The notes beneath the pieces were generated by a model that searched no databases, was not told the DNA's origin, and saw nothing but the letters and a program-made list of their open reading frames with translations. Made by a program: the position numbers and the translations under genes. A stretch of DNA of 63,786 nt, the filler included, from Reticulomyxa filosa (Eukaryota; Protista; Foraminifera): NCBI GenBank assembly GCA_000512085.1. It is 17 parts of 17 records of this genome, joined end to end, with 100 filler letters (N's around TTAATTAATTAA, not from the genome) between each part and the next. Parts side by side here need not be neighbours in the genome. Positions count along the whole stretch, not along the records: positions 1 to 12,852 come from ASPP01001438.1; positions 12,953 to 14,542 come from ASPP01006232.1; 15 more parts are not named here. One strand, written 5' to 3'. Below are positions 1-13,123 of this stretch, in pieces (positions within the stretch are counted from its first letter, which is position 1; every line of letters starts with the position of its first letter).

Positions 1-645
1 TCATTCATTGACATTAAACTTACAAGTAAGTTTACGTGAAAAAATTTGAGAGGTTTCAAAGGTAACATTATGCAAAATATCTCTTAATCCTTAGCGATTT
101 GCAATACTTTTTTTGATCCCCTGTTGGCTCGATGCACAAGAATAATAATAAAAAAATTTATAAAATGTACTGTTTTATAAAAATACAGAGTTTCAATCGA
201 TATGAGTAATACATGCCCCAACATTCGTAGTCTTGAGTTGGCCACTCAAAAATAAAATGTTTTCAAGTTTAGCGCTAGTTTATGCACTGCATCTTAAAAA
301 AGTTTATTGCATGAACATTTGTAAGCTATACAATCAAACAAAGAAAAATGCTTTTTTTTTACAAAGATTTTGCAATTATTTTCTTCCTTTTTCTTTCTTA
401 TTCTCATTCTTTGTCGAGAAAATTTGCATTTAGAGAGCATACACGCTACTATTATACTTCAGGCACTTTTTTATTAACCAAAAACATCAAAAAATGCCGA
501 AATGTTTAAGATTATTTTCATTTTAAAGAATATTTGAATAATTTTTGGAAAAACGTTAAAAGTGAACTTAAAAAAGTACATAAAATATCTTGGCAAAAAT
601 GTCTTTCTAAAACATTATAACAAAAATTAAAAAGATTATCAAGTC

Positions 646-2024
646 ATGTTTTCTGACATTCAAATACAAACTAAACAAAAGAAAACCGCAGAAATTGGGA
701 ATCATGCACAAAACAAAAAGGAAGCGCGTCAACCTGTGATTATCGGCGGAATGATTATTGGTTAAGTTATTCGAAAGCTTTCCCCCTCCTCTTTTTTTTT
801 GCAAAAAAAATAAATAAAATAGATGTGATCGCCCGCGTGACGGAGAAGGTGAAGCCAAAGCATTACAATTCTGGAATAGTGCAATATGTCCGAGGTGGAG
901 TTGGAAGAAATATTGCGGAGTCTTTGGCTAGGTTGGGCCATCGTCCACGGTTGATTAGCGCTGTTGCGGATGATAACCCTGGCCTGGAATTGTTGGAACA
1001 TTGTAACCAGTTGATGATTGATACAACAGGAGTCCATGTGTGGAAGCATGGAAATGTCTCCACCTCCAGCTTTATGGCGATATATAATGAAAATCGTGAT
1101 TTACATGTGGCTGTTGCTGATCTCACTATTTTAGAAAAAACTCTTACCATTCAATATGTATGATTTTTTTTTTTTGAACAAGGTAAAAAAGTTAAAGTTA
1201 TTTTCCATCGTTTTTGTGCTTTCTTCCTTCTCTTTTGACAGTTGGCAAAGTTTGAAAACTGGATAAAAAATGCCCCAATGCTGGTCATCGATGGCAACTT
1301 AACACCTCGAATTATCCAATTTATTTTGTCACTTTGCTTCCAAGAGTCAGGAGACAATGTTCCAGTTTGGTATGTTCCAATTTCAGTTGAAAAAGCGGTA
1401 CGTGTGGTCAATGACCAACATCGCTTGGATGGGATTACGTACATATCACCAAATGTGTTAGAACTATGGAGTTTGTTAGTGGCTACCAAATATCCACATC
1501 CAATCATTCGCGAAAAAACTAACTTAAGTTGGACTGACATAAACCCTCTTGTTTTCTCCCTTCGTTCCCTTATCAAGGTTATCCTTTGCATGTCAATGTG
1601 ATGATCAGAATTTTTAAAAATTTTGAACAAAAATGGCTGCACTTCTACAGAAAAGATTGAAGAATATGCCAGATGGTTGGTAGAGCGTGGTGCACAAAAT
1701 GTTGCCGTTACCCTAGGGGAATTGGGAGCAATGGTCGTAAACCGTAACCAAAGTCAGTACTTTGAAGCTGTTCCGATTGAAAACAGACTCATTCAAACCA
1801 CTTGCGGAGCTGGAGACAACTTAGCAGCAGGAACTATTTGTGGGATACTGGATGGAAAGCCATTGCTAGAAGCAATACAACTTGGTTTAAAAGCAGCAAA
1901 AAGCGCCTTGTTAGTGACAGGAGCTGTCAATCCACTTTTAAGTCGACAACTGCTGCAAAAGCCCGAGTTTTCATTACAAAAAATTAACACAAAGTTATGC
2001 AAAAAAAACTTTGCAGTTGAATGA
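646..2024 (+). CDS. PfkB-family carbohydrate kinase, pseudouridine-kinase-like (spliced)
   Basis: ATG at 646. GT-AG introns 761-822 and 1158-1241 join PVIIGGMIIDV...GGVGRNIAESLARLG. Later motifs are IDGNL, SPNVLEL, VAVTLGELG and TCGAGD (PfkB signature 2). The boundaries of the third intron are uncertain. Confidence 0.88.
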
Positions 2025-2130
2025 ATTATTTTAGAATGTGCCGTTGAGAAGTAATGGCTGTTGACCACTTACTGACAAAAAAATAATGCCAATAAAATCC
2101 CAAATAAGAGGCTATTTTTTTTTCCTTTAT

Positions 2131-4132
2131 TCACAAAGCCAACGATCCCATTGGGTCCCAAGGTGGCAACACAACCGGTTTTTGTGACAATGTGTCAATG
2201 ACATCTTTTGGCAAACGATTTTTGTCCACAACTAATTGGTAAACATGCTCATCGAACCATTCATCTGTCATCAAAATGTATCCCTTATTTCCTTTCTCAC
2301 CGTGTGAATTTTCCACACGCCAACGCACTGGCTTTAAATCATTGTCCAATTCAACTCCGGTGAAAACCTTGTGTATTTAATTACAAGAAAACTTGGTTCA
2401 AGTAGTTTAAAAACAAACAAAAAAAGAAATAGTACTAACCATTGCATGAGTCATCAGTGAGTCTCCATACAACAATCTTTGTGCTTTGGTCATAGTAAAT
2501 TCGGTGTCAAATAACAATTCGTAATCGAATTGTTTCACATCCAATATACCTTTCTCAGAATTATATTCTTTTCCAACTTGACACCCAAACCAAACAGGTA
2601 TATTGTCTCTTAACGCTGTCAAAGCCTGTTCTTTTAATGTTTCGATCGGCATGTTGATATATAATACATTGGGACGCTTTCCTCCTTCGATATTGTTTAA
2701 CTATTTTTCAAAACAGAGCCAATGTCGAGCATTGACGTGTCGAACTGTATCATCACAAAAAAAAAAAAAAAATAAATTACATATATTAAACTCGATCTAT
2801 CGTGTATGTTTTGAAATACTCATTTCTCGGATCATTAATCAAAGAAACTGTATCGCTTACGTTCAAATGCTTGCGAACGTAATAATTGTAGAACTCCAAC
2901 GGAGTGACATCATTAATGCGATGGTATTCCTTATCCTTCATTGTACACATATACATCGCAAAATGTGCAAATTAATAAAAAAAAGACGACGTCAACACAG
3001 AAATGGAAAAAAGCTTCAAAAACTTTGTCTCGGTAAGCCCATGAAAAGGATTTGGGTGGAACACCAAAGGTAATGACCAAAATACGATAGATTTCTTTCA
3101 AATGCTCCTTCTTCATTTCCCTCAAGCGATTGACATCATATTTCTTGTGTTTTTCATGATAACTGCGAATATTGCATGCAAACTCTCGGAGTTTGGAGTT
3201 CAAGATACCGTTTAAACGTTGACAGCTCTACAAATCGTACAGTTTGGATTAAAAAAAAAAAAAAAGCAAATCAATATGAAAAAGTAGCAAACATTTTTTG
3301 TTGTTGTTTGCTTTACCTTGGTTGCTGCTGCCTCCGGAAAAACGTCCTTGGGTACCAAGCCATATTTTTCAACCAAGTTGACGACCATGTCGAACTGCCC
3401 ACCTGTGTTCATTTCATTGTGTCATTTAAAAAAAAACAATTGTGAAATAGAATGTCACACAATCACACCGTCTTCTTGAGGTTTTGCCAACAAGAACTTC
3501 ATTAAACGACTGCTCAATGGCTCATCAACTATTGAAACAAAAAAAAAAAGTGAAGCTGGCTCTATGATTAATACTCGTTTTATATTGACAGATTACTTAT
3601 GCTTATATACATATACATTTATGTATATACCAGTCGAAATGATATTTTCCAAAAAATGATTACATCGCTCAAATTTATCCCAAAAAAAGAGATAAAGTTG
3701 AGAAAACTCAAATGACTCTAATTTTAGCTCTTTCATGAAAGGAATTCGCATTGTGTTTGTTGCAGCAAACAACCAACATCTTCAAATATTGATAAGTTTT
3801 TACCACAATTCGTACAAAAAAAAACAAATTAATACTTTGCGATTGTGTGAAGAGATACAAAAAATGTTTTGTTTTGCTTTTCTCTTTTTCCTCACTTACC
3901 GCCCAGTACCGCCTTGAGATGTCACTGGCTTCACCTCAGATAAATTGATCGAAAATATATGTCGATTTTCGATCACGGATTCTCGCTTCAACGCAGCGTT
4001 GTCAATGTCGTTGCGAGTGACAAAGTTCATTGCCAACGCATTCTTTGGATTTGACTGAAAATCTTGTAAATAAGAAGATACATCCTCAGACGTGATATTT
4101 GAGAGTGTTTCTTGTGTTTTTTCTTCGGACAT
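2131..4132 (-). CDS. BLMH: Bleomycin hydrolase / aminopeptidase C (peptidase C1B), multi-exon
   Basis: Spliced VTSQGGTGR-CWLFAATN (catalytic Cys), GGQFDMVVNLVEKYGLVPK, MTHAMV (His), WRVENSHG (Asn), and C-terminus PVVLPPWDPMGSLAL. Confidence 0.95.
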
Positions 4133-4338
4133 GATTATTTTTTATTAAGCTTTTTTTGTTCCCTTTTTTGGCTTTTACAAGCAGTAACAACTCTTTTGCA
4201 CATATGAAAAATGCTTTCTTATTATATTGTACATTTATCATTATTGATAAAGACATGAGTTCCCAAAAACAGAAAGTTAAAACAACGTAGTGACTTAACA
4301 ACGAAGGTTAAAAGAAAAAACCTTTTTTGGGCTCTGCA

Positions 4339-5712
4339 ATGGGTAAGTGTATCACACATCATGAGCCTCGACCAGTGTTTGCAGGATTGCAACTGGTGTT
4401 CTACACAATTCTTTTGGTAATTGTGCTGGTTTTGTTGTGGTTCTCAACGACACACGCGTATGGTAACAACAGAGTGCCCTTGCCATTACGTATTTTGTGT
4501 TTATCGCACATCACATTTGTTTGCATATACATTTTTGTAAATTGGTTTAACTATTCGATTGGACGAGCAGCCGAAGTTCAATTATATGCAGGATATTGTC
4601 ATACATTTGGTCTTATCTCTTGGAAGTTTAGGCAATGAGTGAGAAAAAAAAAGACCGTTTAAAAAAAATGTGAACTGTGATAAATCTCATTTCTTTTGTG
4701 ACGGTGAAAAAAAACAATAAAAAAGTTGTGGAGTGTTTTGGAACTTGTGTATGGAATTATTTTGGTTTGAGCGTCTGAAACTCGCTTATCAGCATACACC
4801 CTACTTTATATCATCGTATATGAAGTATGCCTTCTATATTATATGTATTGTCATGACGACTTGGGTAATGACATTTGCAGTAATCATTGCGATCGATGGT
4901 AACTGCGCAATGCCATTGAGAGCAGCGGATTTCAATCCATTTGGAAAGGGACATTCCGTCTATGTCTGCGAAGGCTATTCTTCTCGAATCGAATATGCAT
5001 ATTTGATCACAGGTCACTCTTCATACTGCAAACATATATTTGTTAAAAAAAAACTTGTTTATTTGCACGATTACACATGTACACACTCATGTTTATATTA
5101 CCAAAAAAAAAATGTACAAAAATTGTATACGCAAAGCAATTGCAACAGAAACAAATAAATGAATGAAGACATGGATACATACAATAGGTGGAATTGGCCT
5201 TTTTATGTTGAGTGTTTCGTCGGGGTACATGTATTTGTCTCGGTTGATTCGAATGGCCAATGAACATAAAGTAGAAGCGCATTATGACGTCAAAGTATAC
5301 AAAGCCATTCAACGCGCCACAATTATTGCTGTCACGTCGACGACAAGTAATCTCATTGCGATCATCATCGCGATTGCTTTGGTAGGGACATACGAGGCAG
5401 GCTATCTGTTATTCCCGGTTGACGGCTTGATCAATGGAATATGCATGGTGTGCGCGTTTCATTTTGGAAATGAGGTATTATCACTTTTTTCCTTTTTTGT
5501 CAAGCGTCAGTAATATTCGTATGTTTTAATCTTGAAGACACGATTTTTTTTTCTATTTTTTGATGCATTAGATATATCAAACTTTGTTTGGCTGCTGTCG
5601 CAAATTATGTCCGGTTCCTGGACAAATTAAAGTTCCGAAGGCGTTGGAGATACAAAAACCTCTTTCCCCACGTGCCAAAGGCGAGCAACTTCTCAATGAG
5701 AGTCCGCACTAA
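4339..5712 (+). CDS. Multi-pass membrane protein, 7TM GPCR-like (spliced)
   Basis: About seven hydrophobic segments over four exons. The last TM (YLLFPVDGLINGICMVCAF) is followed by a helix-8-like IYQTLFGCCRKLC and a stop at 5710-5712. Confidence 0.6.
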
Positions 5713-6085
5713 TTGTAAATCCTTTTTCTTTTCTTTTGTGTTTGATCTTGTCGTGTTTGTTTCTTTTGTGGAATGTCACAAGTAATTGCTTTATGTTGTC
5801 TATTTTGTCGGTTAATGGCACAAAATTCATTGCTTACATTATCTTGTTTGTTGGAATGACTGTTGTTCTTTCGGTTCTTCAATAGAAAAAAATCCTTCAG
5901 TGATTACTATACAACTGGTCTACTAATTTGCAAAATTTGCACGATTTTTTTAAACGAATAGCTCTTTTGGTGATCTCCCTTAGAAATTAAAAATTATTGT
6001 CTGCAATGTTATTTGACCAGTTAGCAGAGTGAGCTTTTTGTTTTTTAATATGTAATTTTTATTTTGTGACCCAACAATTATTATA

Positions 6086-6672
6086 ATGTCCGATCAGCCC
6101 CTGCAACCGTCTGAAAATAAAGAATCAACTGTATGCCTAAATTGTTGTTTGAATCTATTCTGCTTGTAACATTGCACATGTGTGATGTTTGGCACGCCTT
6201 ACACAAACAGGAAATTTCGGGGACGGATGCAAAACAAGAAAATCAACCAACAACAAAATCAGATCAAACACAAAATACAATAGTGAACACAAATCCCACT
6301 GCGTCACAATCATCTAAGACAAATAATCAAGCTACAAAAGAGCAGAATCGAGAGGCGTCCGATCTAGCCTCTCAAAAATCCATTGTGACAAGCGTTTCTA
6401 GGTGTCTATTGTACGAAATTCAATCAAGTCAAATGGACTACAACTTGCTACAAGAATTGAATGAAAATGCGGCTATGGAATATCATCAAATGACTGACCG
6501 AGCAAAAGGCCTATTGGAATGTATGGAAGTGATGAACTCACAAGAGGAACAATTACTTACTGAATTCTCAAAGATTGGCGTCATTGGCAAAGAAGTTGAC
6601 GATTTGGAAGCGATCATCCAAAAATTGGATGATTATACCAAAAATTTACAAGCACATTTTGAGTTGTTGTAA
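6086..6672 (+). CDS. BLOC1S2: BLOC-1 complex subunit 2-like
   Basis: ATG at 6086, intron 6131-6210. The C-terminal coiled coil DYNLLQELN...EVDDLEAIIQKLDDYTKNLQAHF matches the BLOS2 pattern (DYKLLENMN...LEQAAYKLDAYSKKLE). Confidence 0.8.
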
Positions 6673-7436
6673 GAGCTCTCGTATTCATCTTTCTCTTTTC
6701 TAACTAATCTTTGGTCTTAACTATTCATTTCTACAAATTCAGTGTTGCTTATTTGTTTTTTTCGTACACATGTTGACAATATTCACATAAATCAACTTTA
6801 AGTAATCGTGCGACAAATTTTGTAAATAAAACTCTTTAATAAAAAGAAAAAGACATGTGTATGAAAAATTAAAATAAGCAAAAATGGTGAACAAGTTAAT
6901 TAAAACTATGATTATTTCTCAAACTAACTGACTCTTCATTTCATTTTATTAAAACACATGGAAGATAAATAATATCCAGGCAAGCACAAAAATTCTGTAC
7001 ACAGCTGATGATAATTATTTTACTTGGATAAGTAGTGAAAGAGCAAATAAAGTTAATGCGAGTATTACTGCCTATGTAATGAATCAGAAAGGTGATGTAA
7101 ATGGATTATATTTGAGTAAGACAAATGTCACATCACACTTAAGTAGGATCCAAATTGTGACACAATATCGAGGAGTTACTAAAAAAGTTAAGTGCAGTTG
7201 TTTTTGGAGAAAATCAAGCGTCTTCATAAGATGGATTTCACTTGATTATAGTGTGTAACATTAATTCATATGTTCTACAAATAACGTTAACAAAATTTTA
7301 CTTTGAATTTTTTGAAGAATGATATATTTTTGTTGTGCTAAGTTCAAGTGTTAAAATTTGGCGTCGCGAATTATTTTAGTAAAGAAATCGAAACACAAAA
7401 GTAAACAATGGTATTGTTGCTAAAGATGACCAGCAA

Positions 7437-9364
7437 TCAAAACCTTGTACAGCATACAGGACAATCGGTAATAGAGGCGAATTGGGGGTCAAGAACGCTT
7501 CTTTCGACCACCGCTTGTGTTTTTTCGTCTTGATAGAGATGCACGAATGAGAGTGATCCTCTTGAAGCATCCCATCGAATGGTCGAAAATGGTAATTTTT
7601 TCTTCATCAAGTTTACAATGGTATTCATTTGCATTCGATACAAATCAAAAGCAATTGGGTCAAATTTTAAGACAAGAGTGGTACATTTGCAGCCCAATTT
7701 CAACAAACTGATAAATAAATTGACAAAGTCTTGTACAATTTGTGGAGTTGGGTTATTTTGATCGCTTCCTTCCCACATTGCATATTGTTTCAATCTGTTC
7801 ATAATTGTAGCACGTGCAAAGTTTTCATTGTCTGTGGACAAGGTAAGTCGCAGCATGAGATCGTACTCCTTGCGTAAGTGTTTGTTTTGATGGGCCTGTT
7901 GAAACGTTTGCTGTAAGAGCTCACATAAAACAGTGACAGCAATGAATTCACTATTCGGGTTTATATTGCACAATATCGACAAATAACGAACATCGGACTC
8001 GCTCTTTGAATAGAGTAGAAATGATACCAGCGATTGTAAATTCTATTCTCGACAATATATATATATATATGCATATACACAGATATGTTGATCATTATTT
8101 TGTATATTATTTGGAGTCAATTGCATTTGACACAAAAACAAAAGTGCTTTGAGACCAGCTATGATTGAGCGTTAACTGGATGGCACAACGACGCATTTCT
8201 AGGAGCAACGAGTTGGAATTCCACAGACAAGAAAAGTTTGAATAGCTGAGGCATGTGTTGACAAGCACCTTTGATACCCTCGACAAATAAATGCTGTCGA
8301 CAAAAGCTATCTGTCTTTAATTCCCACGACACGTCTACGCACAGCTCCTGCACGTGAAGCGGCAAGTGGCAATAGCGATACGTCTTCCCTTGCGTTTTTT
8401 CTTCCTCGTTTCCAATCACAAAGTCATTGTCATTGTGATCGTGTTGGGATTTTAGCTGTGTCCATCTCCACCTCAAAGCAATCAATTCCGAATTCCAAAT
8501 CGAGCCATGCAAGTGCACGGACAAGAGTTGACGACTTAAGACGTCGAGCAGAGTGAGCGCCAAGATCTCGAACACAAAATAGTGATCACCATAGAGGGTC
8601 TGATTGTCGGCGAGTTCGTTGGTCTGCAGTGCCAACGCGGTTAAATTTGGAAACGCTTGCTTTACACGTGCGCCGTTCTTGAATACATCATGCAAGTAAT
8701 TCAATGCAAAATTTTCATCCAGTGCAAATGCATTCCAGTCCAAATACGACAAATCGACGTTACAAATTTTTAATACTTTTAAATTTTGGAAATGATTTCC
8801 CTTTCAAAAAAACAAATGTATATACATATATTTTTTGCAAAAAAAAAAAAAATCAAACTGTGGTTTGGAATAAACGGATTTTGTGCAAATAAAAATCATC
8901 CAAAGAGTTTTGAAAGTCATGACTCAGTTGATGTTCCACCAAAGTCGTAAAGTTGGGACAAGGCACCCACAAATGCGCAAGGAGCAGCAGGATGTCTTTC
9001 GCGGTGTCATCGTCGCCTTCGACTTCGGGCCATGACAATGGATGCAAGAAGCTCGTTGGATCGGGTGCGGTGACTTCGTACAGATCAAGCGCTTGCAAAG
9101 TGCCGTTGTTGGAGGGAATCAACGTCCACATTACGAATTGGACATTGGTAATCCACATGTGCTGTAGCGATAAACGCGTCAGCTGATTGTCTGCATCGTT
9201 GCACCATCCGTCGGCGTAGCAAGTGCTTCCCACGCCGCAAAACAACACATGTCTCAGGCTACTCCCGCAGTTTTTGAACCACTGCTTGTTGTAGCGACTC
9301 AAAAACAAATAAAAATTGTTTTTATTTTCATTTTCGTTATCACTCCAAACTTTTGTTATGTCAC

Positions 9365-9412
<48 letters not shown>

Positions 9413-10369
9413 CATCATTATTATTGTTATTGTCATTGTCATTATCATTGTCAGTCTCACTATCATCAGTCTCATGCTCAATCTCTTGATCGGCGTCATT
9501 GTGAAGCAATAACGCTGCATGCTCGCAGATTTCGAGTGAAGTTAGCGCGCTTAGCAAAGGGTGAAACCAAATAGTCCTTTGGCTTTTCTTGTTCAGTCGC
9601 TCCAAAGCATGTGCGTGATGCACGTAGCGAGTAAACAGTGACGGTACTGTATTTTTGCACACTGAGATATTGTAAAAGCCACAATTTTCCCATTTTTTAC
9701 CTTTTTTGTTTTGTTTCGCTTTGCTTTTGCAACGTGCTCACACAATAAATAAATAAAAATTAAAAAACAATAAAAATCACCCGAGTGCGTAATTGAAAAT
9801 GGAAAACGGCTTATTCGAAATAAGTAGCGGTTGCAAAAAGAAAACTGAATATGGGATCGAAAATCCAAATATTGAAATATTTTGATTGTAACGTCTCTCC
9901 CTATTTGCAAAAATGTGTCGCTTTTTTCTGCATTTTTTTTGGTTATTATACTCATGTGTTCAATTGAATCCTCTTTCAATTGCATTTGTCTACAAATTGA
10001 TTGAAGATAACGCCATTGTGTTGCACTCAAGTGATTTCGGTGATGCAGTATTCCGTTTTGCAGCCAGTTTCCCACCATAGATTCATTAAACTCTTGCAGC
10101 AAACCATTGAAGAATTCCAATAGTTGTGATTTAGAAAACTTATGAATCGGCAGCTCCAATGCATTTAACAAAGGATCCAACACAAAATTGTTCTCCAAAG
10201 CCATTTCCAGCTCTTGTTTTTCCCCCTCGCTGAAAAGTGCAAAGTCAGAGATTGGCCATGCAATCTGCCTTTCTGTGCACAAAGGCTACTAAAAATCTGA
10301 AATAGCTTTGTAATTCTAGACATACAATCAAATCAAGAAAAGGTGCAGAGTACTACGTCTAGTCGACAT
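7437..10369 (-). CDS. F-box protein with poly-Asn tract and possible LRR-like C-terminal part (spliced)
   Basis: F-box-like FLQIGRDVTIKIFQYLDFRSHIQFSFCNRYL. Consecutive minus-strand ORFs (9593-10282, 8853-9662, 8159-8752, 7437-7982) are separated by GT-AG introns. The start is inferred. Confidence 0.65.
9366..9450. repeat. (TAT/AAT)n microsatellite encoding poly-Asn
   Basis: A long tattattat run inside the F-box exon. Similar tracts occur at about 54438-54540 and 55795-55950. Confidence 0.95.
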
Positions 10370-10550
10370 TTGTAAAAAGTGCTTGGCTTTCAATAAACTT
10401 TGTATGTCATAAAGTCTTTTTTTAGGAAAGCGGGCGTTTTCAAAAGTTTGGCAACTTTCGTTTTAAAACGACAGCCACGTGAACCCAGAAAAAGGCTCAG
10501 CCAAATTATAAAATAAAAATTTGTGGCAATTTTTAACATCTTGAAAAAGG

Positions 10551-12852
10551 ATGATGAGCACCCAAGAAGAAACCCAAAAGACGGTTGTAAAACCAAATAC
10601 GGAGGCTGGCGAAGAAGAAAAGCAGCCAGGTCTTGGTGAAGAAAACAAACAAGGAACTGTAAATGATAGCGTGCCTCAAAATAATGACAGCAAGTTGCAA
10701 TCTACGGAAGTATTGTTACCAGGAACGAACTCTAGCGACAAGGAGATGCACAGTGCAGAGGGCGTGCAGCAACCCATAATTGACGACAAGCAGCCGCTCA
10801 TCGCCTACAAACGACCCGAAAGTATCGACAACAAGCAGCCTAGTTTGTAATGCGTACAATGTGTATATGTATATGTATACAAAGACACGTCAAACAACAA
10901 ACAAAATCCAGAAAGCAAACTTGTGGACATTCAAGGTTTGACACAAGGAGTGGTAGCAATAACGGTTGCGGGAAAGACTTTATCAGACTATCAACACGCC
11001 CAAATCACCTCATTTGAACAACTTGGACTGTTTCGTATTTTAATGTGCTTTCAAACTTCACATTCAAAATTGAATCACAATTTCTGTTGATTTGCCATTT
11101 GAGTACAGAAGACAAGAACTTATTGAAGCATGTGCCCTCGCTCATTTCGCTCATCCGTCCAAAATCCAAGCGAATGCATTACCTCTTATCCTTAAGAAAA
11201 AGTTTATCAAATCAACACACAAAGAAAAAAAAAGGGGGAGGAAAGAAAACCAAAAAAAAAAAAAAAAAGCGAAAAATCGGGAAAGTATCCCCATTTTATT
11301 GGTCAAGCGAAACATGGAAGTGGAAAGACAGCAACATTTGTATTAGCGATGCTCCAAAGACTAAACGAGCACTCGGGGAAGTTGCAATGCTTGTGCTTAT
11401 GTCACACCAGAGAATTAGCGATTCAAACGTATGAAGTGATTAAGCTACTGTCAAGTCGAATATCTGACGTGAACATATTCTTGGCAGTGCCTGGAGAAAT
11501 GTTTCCACACCGATGGTATCATCAAATCGTTGTTGGAACGCCTGGAAGTATTCTCAAATTAGTTATCAATCCAACCAATAATTGCTTTGATTCATTCGAA
11601 AAATTTTTACTTGATTTCAAAATGTCAGTCTGCGATTTTATTTTTATTTGTTTTAATTTGTATTTTCATTTCTATTTCCATTTCCCTTGCCAAGCTCGTG
11701 ACAAACTACTTACAAAAGGCTGGTCATTGACGAGGCGGACGAATTGCTACGTCTGTGGGATGGTCCGTCGGAGTCGAGTAGCTACACATATATGAACGGA
11801 GGTGAAAGAGGACGTGGACGTGGACGTGGACGTGGGCGTGGACGCGGTCGTGGGCGTGGCTATCACTCAGGTGAGGACAATTTGACAGACCAAACACGAA
11901 GGATTATTAATCTCATTGAAAACCATTCCAGACCAGAACGACGTGCACAAATGCAAACATTGTTGTTCAGTGCTACGTTCCCAGATGCAGTGCGATCGTT
12001 GGCAAATAAAATCGCACCTAATGCTATTACTATCAGTGTGACCAAGTACGTTTGTATTTACATAACACAAAATAAAAAAACATAATAATCATATCAATTT
12101 ACAAAAATATCAGCAAAGACGTCAAATTAGACAATGTAAAGAATTATTCCATTGAATGTTTTGACGAAAAAGACAAACTTGGCATTTTGACAAAAATATT
12201 GGCGATGGTGAATGTTGGACAAATGATTGTCTTTGTAAACTCCATTCGAAAAGCGGCGGAATTATTTGGGTGCTTGGATAATGAGAAAATAAATGTTCGT
12301 TGCAGTGTCTTAGTTGGAAAAATGGATCCCGAGAAACGAGACAAAACGATGAGTGACTTCAGAGCTGGAAACACAAATGTTTTAATTGCATCCAATGTCA
12401 TCGCTCGAGGTATTGACGTTCCTGCTGTAAAAGTTGTGCTCAATTATGAAATTCCAATTGAACTTAATTCCAAAGGCACTGGTGATTCTGAGACTTTCAT
12501 GCACAGGGTTGGCCGTGCAGGACGATTTGGAACAAAGGGAGCATGCATTAACTTGGTTGATGACAGACAGTTTTGTAAAAATATCTCGTGTTCTCATAGA
12601 AACAAATCGCGCTACTGAGTTTCTTTTTCATATTTGCTACAGATCTGCACAGAGATTGGATACAATTCGCAAAACGTATCAAATCGACATGAAAAGATTT
12701 GATAGTGGAAATTGGAAGAGTCTGACACAAGAGTTAGAATTATGGGTTGGTGTTGGTGCTATTGACCTTAAAGGACAAGATATGCCAATCGACAAACATG
12801 AACCGCAACCACAACCACAATCACAACCACAGCCACAATCACAGCCACAATC
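10551..12852 (+). CDS. DDX19: DEAD-box RNA helicase, DDX19/DDX25/Dbp5 type; 3' end runs into the contig end
   Basis: PSKIQANALPLIL (Q motif), GQAKHGSGKTATF (I), TRELAIQ (Ia), VGTPG (Ib), IDEAD (II), LFSAT (III), IARGIDV (V), HRVGRAGRFG (VI, Dbp5-type). Confidence 0.9.
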
Positions 12853-12952
12853 NNNNNNNNNNNNNNNNNNNNNNNNNNNNNNNNNNNNNNNNNNNNTTAA
12901 TTAATTAANNNNNNNNNNNNNNNNNNNNNNNNNNNNNNNNNNNNNNNNNNNN
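12853..12952. other. Artificial contig spacer (N44-TTAATTAATTAA-N44, stops in all six frames)
   Basis: Identical spacers also start at 14543, 19295, 22479, 23654, 25418, 29634, 33594, 35690, 40270, 41810, 43178, 47759, 53190, 54956 and 60317. Confidence 0.99.
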
Positions 12953-13078
12953 GCGCGCTTCGGCCACGAGCCGGTCGGTGAGCGAGCGCAGTTCGGCGAG
13001 CTGCTCGCCCTCGATCAGACGCGGGATCACGAGATAGCCGTCGCGGCGGTAGGTCTCGATCTGATGATCGGTCAGCAT
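12953..13078 (-). CDS. Bacterial phytanoyl-CoA dioxygenase (PhyH) family protein, N-terminal fragment
   Basis: MLTDHQIETYRRDGYLVIPRLIEGEQLAELR is the typical PhyH N-terminus. GC-rich contig, truncated at the contig edge. Confidence 0.8.
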
Positions 13079-13123
13079 GCGGAAACCATAGCACGCAAAG
13101 CCGGCATCATCGATAATCACGCC

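Noticed and set aside
12897-12908. Recurrent TTAATTAATTAA flanked by N runs, read as a repeat array or CRISPR
   Set aside because: It is an assembly linker with six-frame stops. Adjacency across it, such as the NEURL4-like ART next to the NLR tail at 35690-35789, is not evidence of linkage.
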